From Elusimicrobiota bacterium (GTDB lineage Bacteria; Elusimicrobiota; Endomicrobiia; Endomicrobiales; JBDRNC01), in NCBI GenBank assembly GCA_043811535.1, contig JBDRNC010000008.1, positions 32,001 to 96,000 on the forward strand: a stretch of DNA of 64,000 bases, read 5' to 3'. The notes under the pieces are model-generated. The model did not search any database and was not told where the DNA came from. It worked only from the letters and a program-made list of their open reading frames with translations. Position numbers and translations under genes: made by a program. Of the stretch, positions 54,119-63,241 are shown piece after piece. Position 1 is the first letter of the stretch. Each line of letters begins with the position of its first letter.

Positions 54119-56248
54119 CTAGGTTTTATCTATCTTAAAGAGCTTCACGGCAATTACCGTAAACACAACGCCGATCACCGAGCCGATCGCGACATCGACC
54201 GGAAAATGCACTCCGACGTAAATCCTGGAAAGCCCTGTAAAAAACGCTATCGCGAAAAACAGCACTATCCACCAGAATTTTCTGACTTTGTAAGCCAGGT
54301 ATGTCGCGGCGCTGAACGCCGTTTCGGCGTGACCCGAGGGGAAAGAGCTCCCGAAATGCCTCTCGCCGAAACTGTTCACAAGCCCGCCCCATAACGCCAG
54401 CGGCCTTGACCTTCCAATTATGTCCTTAATCAGCGCAATGATTATCCCGCCCGCCAAAAGTATGCCCGCGAATATCATGAACTCCCGCCAGAATCTATCT
54501 CTTCGCGTCTTCCAAAGATAATATCCCATGCAGAACGCTATCATCACGAGTCCCGTGTTCAGCCTTAGCGTGGCATCCAGCGTGCTCCAGTCGCCCATGA
54601 CAAAATCCAGGAATTTGTTCTCCAGCCTTTTATTAATGAACCAGAAAATCCTCTGGTCCAGCTGGATAAGCCCCTGCTTCAGCGTCACCTGCGGCCCCGC
54701 TATCAACGAGGTGTATTCCCATGGAAGCCGCTTAAGGTCGAATTTCCTGCCGTATGTCAGCCAGAATATCCTTATCTTCCTGCTGTTCCTGAAAATTTCC
54801 ACCGGCTGCGCCGGTTTCCATGACCTGAAAGGATAGATAGTCTGCGGTTCCGCGTAGAAAAAATCATTGCAGACAAATATGCCGTCGCGCCCGTCAAGAT
54901 TACCAAGATCTCTCTGCCAGAAATCAAAAGCGTCGGGGCGCGTGCTCAGCGCGTAAACCCGCGGATGCTTGGGCGTGTAAAACTGAAGCTGGGCCGCTAT
55001 GTAGTGAGTTTTTGTGAATATAAAAGGCTTCGGTTCCGGAGATGCTTCGATGATTTCGTTTATCTTCGCGCCGACCTCGCGCCACCCGTAAATGTCATTC
55101 GTGATGTCGATCTTTTCGGCCCTCGCTATTCCGTTCTCTATCTTCGCCGCCTCGTCCTTCGGGATCAGCCGCTCCACGGGTATCACCTTGAACATCGAGT
55201 GCAGGGGCATGATCAGTGTTATGCCGAGCGCAACCGCCCACCCGGCTATCAGAGTATTCCTGAACCACAGTTTATTCCAGAACCTGACCGAATAATCCGC
55301 GACAGCTATCATAAGGACAAGATAGCCCATCGCCGGCCAGTGAGGGAGTATCTCCTTGAATAAAGCTACTCCGTTGAAGAGAAAGAGCGTGGGAACTGAA
55401 AATGAAAGCAAGAACAGCAGTTTTTCGTCGCGTGCTTTGAAATATTTCACCAGGGACAGCGCGAGCACCGCCCAGGACACGATGAATATCACCGGCGAAA
55501 CATATCCCGACTGCGCCGCCAGACAGCGCAGGAGCAGGTCCGGGCGCAGCAACTGCGGCGCCGCTTGTACGATACCGCGCTTTAATTGGAAACCGAAAGA
55601 GGCGAAGTTGTTCTGGAGGTTCCAGATCACGACCGGCAGGAATACTATGAAAGCGATTATCAGCGCCAGGTACGGCTCCCGGCGCTTCAGCCAGTGACGA
55701 TGCTCTTTGGAAAATACCAGGAAGAGGAACAGCGACGGAACGAGCAGTATCGCGTTATATTTGCTCAATAGCCCGAGCCCGAGTATCAGTCCCAGGACAT
55801 ACCAGAGGTATGCCTTCTTCTCTTTCAGCAGTTTCCAGAAAACGAATATGAAAAGCATCCACAGTATAGAAAGCGGCGAATCCGGTATGGACATCGAGGC
55901 GCCGAGGAAAGAGAAGACCGGCGTGAGATTGAGCATTACCGTTCCCCAGAAGGCCGTTTTCTCGCCGTACATGTCCTTTACCAGCCTGAAAAAAATCCAC
56001 GAAAGCAGGAAGAAAAAAAGCACGGCGGAAAAACGCACGCCGAACTCGTTATTGCCGAATAAAACCGTTGTAGCCTTGACAATGTAGCCGATTGCTGGAG
56101 GATGGTCAAAATAGGAAAGTTCCGGATTCTGCGCGTAAACCCAGTAATGCGCTTCGTCCCCGCTGAGTCCGAGCCGGCCTATTATCAGCAAACGGATAAG
56201 TGCCGTTACCGCGTTTATTATCCAAAACCAGAGGTTGTAGTTTGACAT
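54119..56248 (-). CDS. ArnT-like GT-C glycosyltransferase fused to a PAP2 phosphatase
   Basis: DEAHYW...LSYFDHPP, PDSP, LSKY in N-part; K....R.RP, SFPSGH, SRIY.GVHFP.DV at C-terminus. Confidence 0.9.
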   Translation of the reverse strand: MSNYNLWFWIINAVTALIRLLIIGRLGLSGDEAHYWVYAQNPELSYFDHPPAIGYIVKATTVLFGNNEFGVRFSAVLFFFLLSWIFFRLVKDMYGEKTAFWGTVMLNLTPVFSFLGASMSIPDSPLSILWMLFIFVFWKLLKEKKAYLWYVLGLILGLGLLSKYNAILLVPSLFLFLVFSKEHRHWLKRREPYLALIIAFIVFLPVVIWNLQNNFASFGFQLKRGIVQAAPQLLRPDLLLRCLAAQSGYVSPVIFIVSWAVLALSLVKYFKARDEKLLFLLSFSVPTLFLFNGVALFKEILPHWPAMGYLVLMIAVADYSVRFWNKLWFRNTLIAGWAVALGITLIMPLHSMFKVIPVERLIPKDEAAKIENGIARAEKIDITNDIYGWREVGAKINEIIEASPEPKPFIFTKTHYIAAQLQFYTPKHPRVYALSTRPDAFDFWQRDLGNLDGRDGIFVCNDFFYAEPQTIYPFRSWKPAQPVEIFRNSRKIRIFWLTYGRKFDLKRLPWEYTSLIAGPQVTLKQGLIQLDQRIFWFINKRLENKFLDFVMGDWSTLDATLRLNTGLVMIAFCMGYYLWKTRRDRFWREFMIFAGILLAGGIIIALIKDIIGRSRPLALWGGLVNSFGERHFGSSFPSGHAETAFSAATYLAYKVRKFWWIVLFFAIAFFTGLSRIYVGVHFPVDVAIGSVIGVVFTVIAVKLFKIDKT

Positions 56249-56251
56249 ATT

Positions 56252-56324
56252 ATTACCGATTACAGATTACAAATTACAAATTAACGGCCTTTAATATGTA
56301 GTCTGTAATTTGTAATGTGTAATT
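56252..56324. repeat. Inverted pair of heptamer arrays (ATTACAR / TGTAATY)
   Basis: ATTACCG ATTACAG ATTACAA ATTACAA ... TGTAGTC TGTAATT TGTAATG TGTAATT. Confidence 0.85.
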
Positions 56325-57022
56325 TATCTGTTTAATTTTAACTTCCAAACCCTGAAAAGATATTGTATCAGCATCGATGGTTTCAGTTTTGATACTCCGG
56401 CGCCGCGCGCCATGAATTCAATCGGGACTTCGGTTATCCTGAACCCGTACTTCCTTATGTAATGCAGTGATTCTGTTACGACAAACGGATCCCGGGCCTT
56501 CAGATGCGGAAGAATTTTCACCATGACTTCTCTTTTAAAAAGCCTGAATCCCGAAGCAGGGTCCTTCAATTTTACGCCGAGAACGAGCGCCAGGTATTTG
56601 CGCGCGAACTCGCTTATAATATTGCGCAGGAAAGTTCTTTGTTCATCCTTGCCGCCTTCCACGTACCTTGAACCTATTACAACGTCATATTGTTCAGCGG
56701 CTTCCACAAAAGCCGGAATATATTTCGGGGAATGCGAAAGGTCGCCGTCCATCTCAACTATCATATCGGCGCCCAGTTCCAGCGCGACCTTGAAACCGTC
56801 TATGCCCGCCCACCCGCGCCCGCGTTTGTCTTTTCTTACGAGCAGGTTTACCCGCTTATCTTTTTTGGAAATCTCCTCGACGATCTTATATGTGCCATCC
56901 GGCGAGAAATCGTCCACGACAAGAACGCCTATGTCCAGCTTCAGCGTTAGTATCCTGTCTATCACGATCTGGATGTTTCCGGCTTCATTATAAGTGGGGA
57001 TTACTGCGATGATCTTAGGCAT
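56324..57022 (-). CDS. Polyprenol monophosphomannose synthase-like GT2
   Basis: VIPTYNEAGNI, VDD.SPDGT, EMDGDLSH.P, GSRYV.GG, SGFR. Confidence 0.9.
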   Translation of the reverse strand: MPKIIAVIPTYNEAGNIQIVIDRILTLKLDIGVLVVDDFSPDGTYKIVEEISKKDKRVNLLVRKDKRGRGWAGIDGFKVALELGADMIVEMDGDLSHSPKYIPAFVEAAEQYDVVIGSRYVEGGKDEQRTFLRNIISEFARKYLALVLGVKLKDPASGFRLFKREVMVKILPHLKARDPFVVTESLHYIRKYGFRITEVPIEFMARGAGVSKLKPSMLIQYLFRVWKLKLNR

Positions 57023-57055
57023 TGAAAGATTCCAAGATTTGAAAGATTAACTTCT

Positions 57056-58195
57056 TCATTCTTCCTTCTTCCGTCTTCCTTCTAGCAGTGCGTGCACTGC
57101 TTTAAGAATTGCTTCCGGTTTGATCATGTCCATGCAGCTCGGTTTCTTATCGCATTTCTGCAGGTAACAGCACGCGCAGTTTTTAGGCGTGACAACCTTG
57201 ATCCCGCGTTTGTACATCTCTATTTCCGCCGATGACGTCGGGCCGAATATCCCTATGACTTTTTTCTTCAGTCCCAATCCGGCGTGAAGCGCGAGCGTGT
57301 CCCCTGTAATGACCACGTCGCAAAGGCCAAGCAGAGCGAAAAAATCAGTGATTGAATTGCCGGTCCCGGCGCTTATTGCCTTTCGCCCGGATCTCCTGAT
57401 AAGGGAAGCTATAAGTTCCTTTTCTTCGCACCCGCCGTATAAAACGACTTTAAATCCTCTTGAAGCTAAATTTTTGATTACCGCGATGGAACCTCTGTCC
57501 GTCCATTTCTTTAATTTCCATCTCTTGCCGGCGCCCGGATTGATGCCGATAACAGTTTTACCGGCAAGACCGTGTTTCCGCGCGAATGTTTTCGCTTTCA
57601 GGACCGAACTTCTGACAAGCGGCGTGTATATCTCGTAATCCGCCCGCTTCAATCCGGCTATCTTTGACATCCAGTACTGGTAGGTTTTTCTGTTTTTCTT
57701 TTTTACGTCGTCAAACGCGCTCATCTCAAGCCAGTGTTTCGCGGCCGTGTTGGAGCACAGGATTTTCCGGCTATTGTCCAGCATGAAGCCGATCTTGTTT
57801 CTGGAAAGCGCAAGCCCCGCCAGGCTCAGGCTCTCGGGAGAAAGGTCCAGGTTTATCACATGGTCAAACCTGTTCGCGGCAAGATACTTGAAAATATTCT
57901 TGTCAAAGGGGAGGACCCTGTCTACGCGCGGATTGTTCTCAAGTATCGGGACCGAAACCGCGTCGGTTATCCAGGTGATATCGGATTTGGGGAATTTAAT
58001 CTTCAGGCCGGGCAGTAAAAACGTGGTGCGCAGGACATCGCCCATCGCGTTGAGCTTGATTATCAGTATTTTTTTCTTTGCCGGGGATTTTCTGATTGGG
58101 GCATACTTTCCGCAATTGGAGCATTTGACGGCGCGTTTCTTGTGAAAAACGCACGGCCTGTCCAGCGGGAAATGAATGCAGTCGGTTTTAATCAT
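57056..58195 (-). CDS. Glycosyltransferase family 9 with N-terminal Cys-rich extension
   Basis: DC.HF..DRPC..HK....C..C, AMGDVLRTT, INPGAG.RW..K.W, GDTLALH, FGPTS; start taken at ATG 58195. Confidence 0.88.
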   Translation of the reverse strand: MIKTDCIHFPLDRPCVFHKKRAVKCSNCGKYAPIRKSPAKKKILIIKLNAMGDVLRTTFLLPGLKIKFPKSDITWITDAVSVPILENNPRVDRVLPFDKNIFKYLAANRFDHVINLDLSPESLSLAGLALSRNKIGFMLDNSRKILCSNTAAKHWLEMSAFDDVKKKNRKTYQYWMSKIAGLKRADYEIYTPLVRSSVLKAKTFARKHGLAGKTVIGINPGAGKRWKLKKWTDRGSIAVIKNLASRGFKVVLYGGCEEKELIASLIRRSGRKAISAGTGNSITDFFALLGLCDVVITGDTLALHAGLGLKKKVIGIFGPTSSAEIEMYKRGIKVVTPKNCACCYLQKCDKKPSCMDMIKPEAILKAVHALLEGRRKKEE

Positions 58196-58383
58196 GATTA
58201 TTGATAATGATACAATTTTGAGCACAAAAAGTCTATATTTAATTGCCGTATGTGACCTACATTACTGCAATTAAATTGAAATGCCCGTCAGGGTACGAAA
58301 TCCCGCCGACGGCGGGGGAACACAAATTTTCTATCGCGGCAAGGGGATTTTGAGATTACCGTCAAATGATGTATAATACGCCA

Positions 58384-59175
58384 ATGAACACTAAATTTAA
58401 AGCATTACAATTAAAGCTGCTTCAAATGAAACGCGTGCTCATCGCGTTTTCCGGAGGCGTGGATTCTACGTTCCTTCTGCATGCCGCCGTCAAGACGCTT
58501 GGCAGGAAGAATGTCCTGGCGGTGACGGCTGTAAGCGAAACCTACCCGAAATCCGAGCTGAAACTCGCGAAGAAGATGCTTAAAAGAACCGGCGCGAGGG
58601 GGATATTTATAAGAACCTCCGAGTTGAAAAACAGTAGATTCGCGTCAAATCCGCGTGAAAGATGTTTTTACTGCAAGGACGAGCTTTTCAAAAAACTCTC
58701 CGCTCTTGCGAAAAAAAACAAAATGATTCTGCTCGACGCGACGAATTATTCCGACAGGACCGACTTCAGGCCCGGGAGGAAAGCCGCGATGAAGTGGGGG
58801 GTCAAATCACCTATTGCTGAAGCAAAACTGACAAAAGACGAAATTAGAAAGTTGAGCAGGAGATTCAAGCTCCCCACGTGGGACCTGCCGGCGCAGGCGT
58901 GCCTGGCTTCCAGAATACCTTACGGCGTAAAAATCAGCACGGCGCTGCTTGCTAAGATTGAAAAAGGGGAAGCATTCATAAAAAAACTCGGCTTTACCAA
59001 TGTCCGCATAAGAAGCCACGGCAATATCGCAAGGATTGAAATAGACAAGAAACAATTTAATAAACTATTGGATGGAAACATCCGCAGTAAAATATATGCC
59101 TGCCTCAATAAACTCGGCTGGAGCTATGTCTCCGCCGATATCCTCGGTTACCGCACGGGTAGTTTGAACAATTAA
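58384..59175 (+). CDS. larE: ATP-dependent sacrificial sulfur transferase LarE
   Basis: AFSGGVDS, NP..RC.YCK, D..DFRPG..A, K.EIR, ACLASRIPYG, R.R.HG..ARIE, GYRTGSLN. Confidence 0.92.
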   Translation: MNTKFKALQLKLLQMKRVLIAFSGGVDSTFLLHAAVKTLGRKNVLAVTAVSETYPKSELKLAKKMLKRTGARGIFIRTSELKNSRFASNPRERCFYCKDELFKKLSALAKKNKMILLDATNYSDRTDFRPGRKAAMKWGVKSPIAEAKLTKDEIRKLSRRFKLPTWDLPAQACLASRIPYGVKISTALLAKIEKGEAFIKKLGFTNVRIRSHGNIARIEIDKKQFNKLLDGNIRSKIYACLNKLGWSYVSADILGYRTGSLNN

Positions 59176-59276
59176 CAGTTAACAATTATCAATTACCAAT
59201 GAACGACCAACAACGGGAATAGGACATCAAGAATGATTATTGATAATTGCTAATTGGTAATTGTTCACTGCTATTG
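59169..59276. repeat. Inverted pair of heptamer arrays (CAATTAN / NTAATTG)
   Basis: Left 59169-59203 overlaps larE stop; right 59236-59276. Confidence 0.85.
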
Positions 59277-59302
59277 ACACTCCCTGATTAAAATAATAGA
59301 AT
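59274..59302 (+). promoter_or_regulatory. Sigma70-type promoter upstream of the decarboxylase
   Basis: TTGACA-17 bp-TAGAAT. Confidence 0.6.
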
Positions 59303-59438
59303 TGCTGACACATTTAGAACTCAGGAACTAGAAAATAGAGAATAGTGAATAGGAAAAAATACGGCAAGAAAAAAATGCCTTGAATAGTGCAGAAATTGCT
59401 GTAATAATATTGGATATTACAAATCACTGTTATTAAAG

Positions 59439-60893
59439 ATGAAAAACCAGAACAAAGCGCCATTATTCGAAACTCTCCACGCTCACGCAAAAAAACAGGT
59501 GACATCTTTCCACACGCCCGGCCATAAGAACGGGCACAGCATAGACCACCACCTCCGCTCTTATACAGGGAAGAACGTCTATTATTTCGATGTTACCGTT
59601 TTTCCGGAAGTGGACTCTCTCCACGACCCGACAGGCCCGATAAAAAAGGCCCAGGAACTCGCGGCGCAGGCGTACGGCGTCGAGCACTCGTTTTTTCTCG
59701 TTAACGGCTCGTCTTCCGGGAACATGGCGATGTTTCTCGCGACCTGCAAGCCGGGCGATTCCGTTATCGTGGCCAGGAGCGCGCACAAGTCGATAATGTC
59801 GGGTATCATACTGGCCGGCGTCTGGCCCATCTGGATACAGCCGAAAGTTGATCAGAACCTCGATATTATATTTGACGCTTCTCCGGATCAGATAGAGGAA
59901 GCCCTCAACCAGTTCCCCGAAGCCAAGGCAGTATTCGTCACAAGCCCTACCTATAATGGAATTACAACCGACCTGTTTAAAATAGCCGAGATATGCCACC
60001 AGCGCGGGAAAGTCCTTCTTGTCGATGAGGCCCACGGCGCGCACCTTAAATTCCACAAGGACCTGCCGGTTTCCGCGGTTGAGGTCGGCGCGGATATCTG
60101 CGTTCAGTCAACGCATAAGATACTGTCGGCTCTGTCGCAGGGCTCAATGCTTCATTTCAACTCGGACATCGTGGATTACAACCGCGTGAGAAAGATAGTA
60201 TCGCTGCTTCAGACAACGAGCCCGAACTACCTTATACTGGCCAGCCTTGACCTCGCGCGCAGGCAGGCAATGCTCAGCGGCGAAGATATGCTGGACAAGG
60301 TCATCAAGGCGGCTGAATCCGGCAGGCAGAGGATAAACAAGCTCAAGAATTTCTACTGCTTCTCTCGCCAGGAGATCCAGCGCCAGGGCTACGACCTTGA
60401 CCCCACCAAGCTCACTATTAACGTCACGCGCACGGGTTTTTCCGGATATCAGATAGAGGACATCCTCTCCAAGGAATATAATATTCAGGTGGACTGCGCG
60501 GATATTTTCAACATGATAGCCATTATGGGCATAGGTTCCACAAAGAATGACGTGCAGCAATTGGTTGAAGCGCTTGAAGACATAGACAACAAATATAAAG
60601 GGCACCAGCAGAACTGGATACTCCAGATACCTTCGCTCGCGACTGAAATGGTCATGATGCCGCGCGACGTTTTCCTCGCGGCTAAGATAAAGCGCGTGCC
60701 TTTGCCTAAAGCCGCGGGACACATCGCGGCGCAGACGCTGACGCCCTACCCACCGGGCATCCCCGTGGTAATCCCCGGCGAGCGCATAACAAAAGAGATC
60801 TGCGAATATCTCATGGATATGACCGAAAAGAACATACGCATAAGCGGCCAGGAAACGGAAATGCTCAGGACGGTCAAGGTCGTGGACAATTAA
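59439..60893 (+). CDS. PLP-dependent Orn/Lys/Arg decarboxylase
   Basis: FHTPGHK.G, FLVNGSS, R.AHKS, VDEAHGAH, QSTHK, TTSP.Y, PYPPGIP...PGE. Confidence 0.93.
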   Translation: MKNQNKAPLFETLHAHAKKQVTSFHTPGHKNGHSIDHHLRSYTGKNVYYFDVTVFPEVDSLHDPTGPIKKAQELAAQAYGVEHSFFLVNGSSSGNMAMFLATCKPGDSVIVARSAHKSIMSGIILAGVWPIWIQPKVDQNLDIIFDASPDQIEEALNQFPEAKAVFVTSPTYNGITTDLFKIAEICHQRGKVLLVDEAHGAHLKFHKDLPVSAVEVGADICVQSTHKILSALSQGSMLHFNSDIVDYNRVRKIVSLLQTTSPNYLILASLDLARRQAMLSGEDMLDKVIKAAESGRQRINKLKNFYCFSRQEIQRQGYDLDPTKLTINVTRTGFSGYQIEDILSKEYNIQVDCADIFNMIAIMGIGSTKNDVQQLVEALEDIDNKYKGHQQNWILQIPSLATEMVMMPRDVFLAAKIKRVPLPKAAGHIAAQTLTPYPPGIPVVIPGERITKEICEYLMDMTEKNIRISGQETEMLRTVKVVDN

Positions 60894-60935
60894 GAACAGG
60901 GTCCAGGGTCCAGAAACAACAAAATATCATATTAA

Positions 60936-61606
60936 ATGAAAAGATATAGACTTATATTGATTTGTCTACTAATCGCTCTTTCTAATAATGCTTACGCCGG
61001 CATCGGCATTTTCAACAAGATATACGCCGGTCTTTTCATTCCCTATTACAGCATCGGCGGGGATTTTGACGGCACGAAACTGCTCACGGACGGCAAGGAA
61101 TTTTTCTACGTGCCCAAGGTTGAGCCCGCCGCCGGATACGGGATCGTTCTTGGCGCGAGGGGAAGATTTGTTGAATCCGAAACCAGCCCTATTGATCTCG
61201 CGGTGGAAGCTTCAGTCGCGATGTCAAGACATAACGCGAGCTGGCTCGGTAATCCCGCAAACGTTTCTTACACGGAGATTAAGTTCGACGCGAGGCCGTT
61301 CTTTCTCGCGAATAGGAGGCTGCAGCCGTACCTGGGATTGGGACTTTCTTTCGGCCTGCTGACCGCGGAAATCTTTCCGCGGACGCGTCCGGGACAGGGA
61401 ACGCCTTATACAACTTAACATCTTTAGATTTGGAGGGAGGCGCCGCGTATTTCATCACGAACAAGCTTTCCGTTGAGTTGGGAATTACGATGGAACTGGG
61501 AAGTTTCTACCAGGCGACGGGTGTTACTAACGAGCCCAAAACAGTTCAAAACGGGCTGGATCCGCAGTTGACGTATCCGGGGTTGAAAATTAATTATTTA
61601 TTTTAG
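60936..61606 (+). pseudogene. Outer-membrane beta-barrel (OmpW/porin-like) gene split by a 1-bp frameshift near 61370
   Basis: ORF 60936 has signal peptide and LQPYLGLG; the -1 frame continues NLSADASG...GGAAYFITNKLSVELG...GLKINYLF*, ending in a beta-signal Phe. Confidence 0.75.
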
Positions 61607-61709
61607 ATAATATGTAGCCGCAAACTGTGCTCAATCCCGATTCGCGAAGTAAGATCCCGACATTGGGACTTCTCGGGATTTCACAAACAGCCATTCAAGG
61701 AGCTATTTA

Positions 61710-62051
61710 ATGAACAAAAAAGAAATGGAAAGATTCAACAAGATCCTGCTCGAAAAACGCGAAGACCTTCTGAAAGTCGTGAAATCCAAGAAAGAGAACG
61801 ATCTGATTGAGGTCGAAATAGGCGACGAGATAGACACGGCATCCGCGACAAGCGAAAAAGAGCTTCTTTTTGAACAGACTGACAACGAGAAGATCATCCT
61901 CGATGCGATCGAATCCGCGCTCCGCCGCATAGAGATCGGAAAATTCGGCATGTGCGAATCCTGCGGGCTGGACATCAAGGAAGGCCGCCTCAAGGCCATC
62001 CCATGGGTAAGATACTGCATCGAATGCCAGAACAAGGTTGAAAAAGGATAA
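61710..62051 (+). CDS. TraR/DksA family C4 zinc-finger transcription factor
   Basis: GDEIDTA (DxxDxA), ALRRI..G.FG.CESCG, RLKAIPW...CIECQ. Confidence 0.92.
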   Translation: MNKKEMERFNKILLEKREDLLKVVKSKKENDLIEVEIGDEIDTASATSEKELLFEQTDNEKIILDAIESALRRIEIGKFGMCESCGLDIKEGRLKAIPWVRYCIECQNKVEKG

Positions 62052-62054
62052 ACA

Positions 62055-63116
62055 ATGCCGGCCGTAAACCAGCAAATACTGGATATTTATTGTTTAATAG
62101 CGTGCCAGTGGCGGGCCTGGCTCACGGCGGCCGGCATCGTGCTGGCATTCTGGGTCGGCGGTTTCCTGTTCCGCAAGGTAGTTGTTGTTTACATTGAATT
62201 CCTTACCAGGAAAACCGAAACCAAAATAGACGATGTCATAATTTCCTGCCTCAAACCTCACCTTATATACTGGCCGGTCCTGCTGGGACTGTATTTCGCG
62301 GCGAAGGCCGCGCCGGTTGAGAACGCTCATGTGCTGGCGCTGTTTAATAAAACCGTGCTGGCGCTGTTCTTCCTCTCGGTCACATTTCTCGTATCCAATA
62401 TTGTTTCAGGCATATTCAAGGTATACACCGACAAGCACGCAATGCCTTCGGCAAGCCTGACTAATAATGTCATCAAGTTCGTTGTAATCGCGGTCGGCGC
62501 GCTTGTCATACTTTCGCAGCTCGGGATATCCATAACGCCTCTGCTGACGGCCCTCGGCATCGGCTCGCTCGCGGTCGCGCTCGCTTTCCAGGACACGCTT
62601 TCCAATATGTTCGCAGGCTTCCATATAATAATGTCAAAACTCATCAAAACGGGCGATTATATCAAGCTTGAAAGCGGCGAAACGGGATATGTCCTGGATA
62701 TAGGATGGCGCGCCACGAGAATAAGGGAACTGTCAAATAACGTCATACTCGTCCCCAATTCCAAAATAACGGCGTCGGTGCTCAAGAACTTCTACGCGCC
62801 GGACAAAGAGATGGCCGTGCTTGTCCAGGTCGGCGTATCGTACAACAGCGACCTCGCGAAAGTTGAAAAAGTAACGATAGAGGTCGGGGAAGAAATCATG
62901 AAGACGGTGCAGGGCGGCATACCGGACTTCAAGCCGTTCATACGCTACCACACGCTGGGCGACTCCTCGATCAACTTCTCGGTGATACTCAGGGCAAAAG
63001 AAGTCGTTGACCAGTATCTCATCACCCACGAATTCATAAAACGCCTCCACAAACGCTACAAGCAGGAAGGCATCGAGATCCCCTTTCCGCAAAGAGTCGT
63101 GCACCTGCAGAAATAA
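62055..63116 (+). CDS. mscS: Small-conductance mechanosensitive channel
   Basis: LGIGSLAVALAFQDTLSN.FAG, GDYI, IGWRAT.I, VPNS, V.YNSDL, GIEIPFP. Confidence 0.92.
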   Translation: MPAVNQQILDIYCLIACQWRAWLTAAGIVLAFWVGGFLFRKVVVVYIEFLTRKTETKIDDVIISCLKPHLIYWPVLLGLYFAAKAAPVENAHVLALFNKTVLALFFLSVTFLVSNIVSGIFKVYTDKHAMPSASLTNNVIKFVVIAVGALVILSQLGISITPLLTALGIGSLAVALAFQDTLSNMFAGFHIIMSKLIKTGDYIKLESGETGYVLDIGWRATRIRELSNNVILVPNSKITASVLKNFYAPDKEMAVLVQVGVSYNSDLAKVEKVTIEVGEEIMKTVQGGIPDFKPFIRYHTLGDSSINFSVILRAKEVVDQYLITHEFIKRLHKRYKQEGIEIPFPQRVVHLQK

Positions 63117-63241
63117 AACCAATTTCAGATTTCAAATATTCCCGACTTCGCTGGGACTCCATGTTTACACTAATGAGGTCGCATATTTCAGATTGCGGAT
63201 TTACGTCATATATCCGGCCATGCTGAATCATCCGAAACCTT

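Noticed and set aside
58384..59175. Complete lactate racemase (lar) cluster
   Set aside because: Only larE is present; no larA/B/C in the window, and stand-alone larE genes are common
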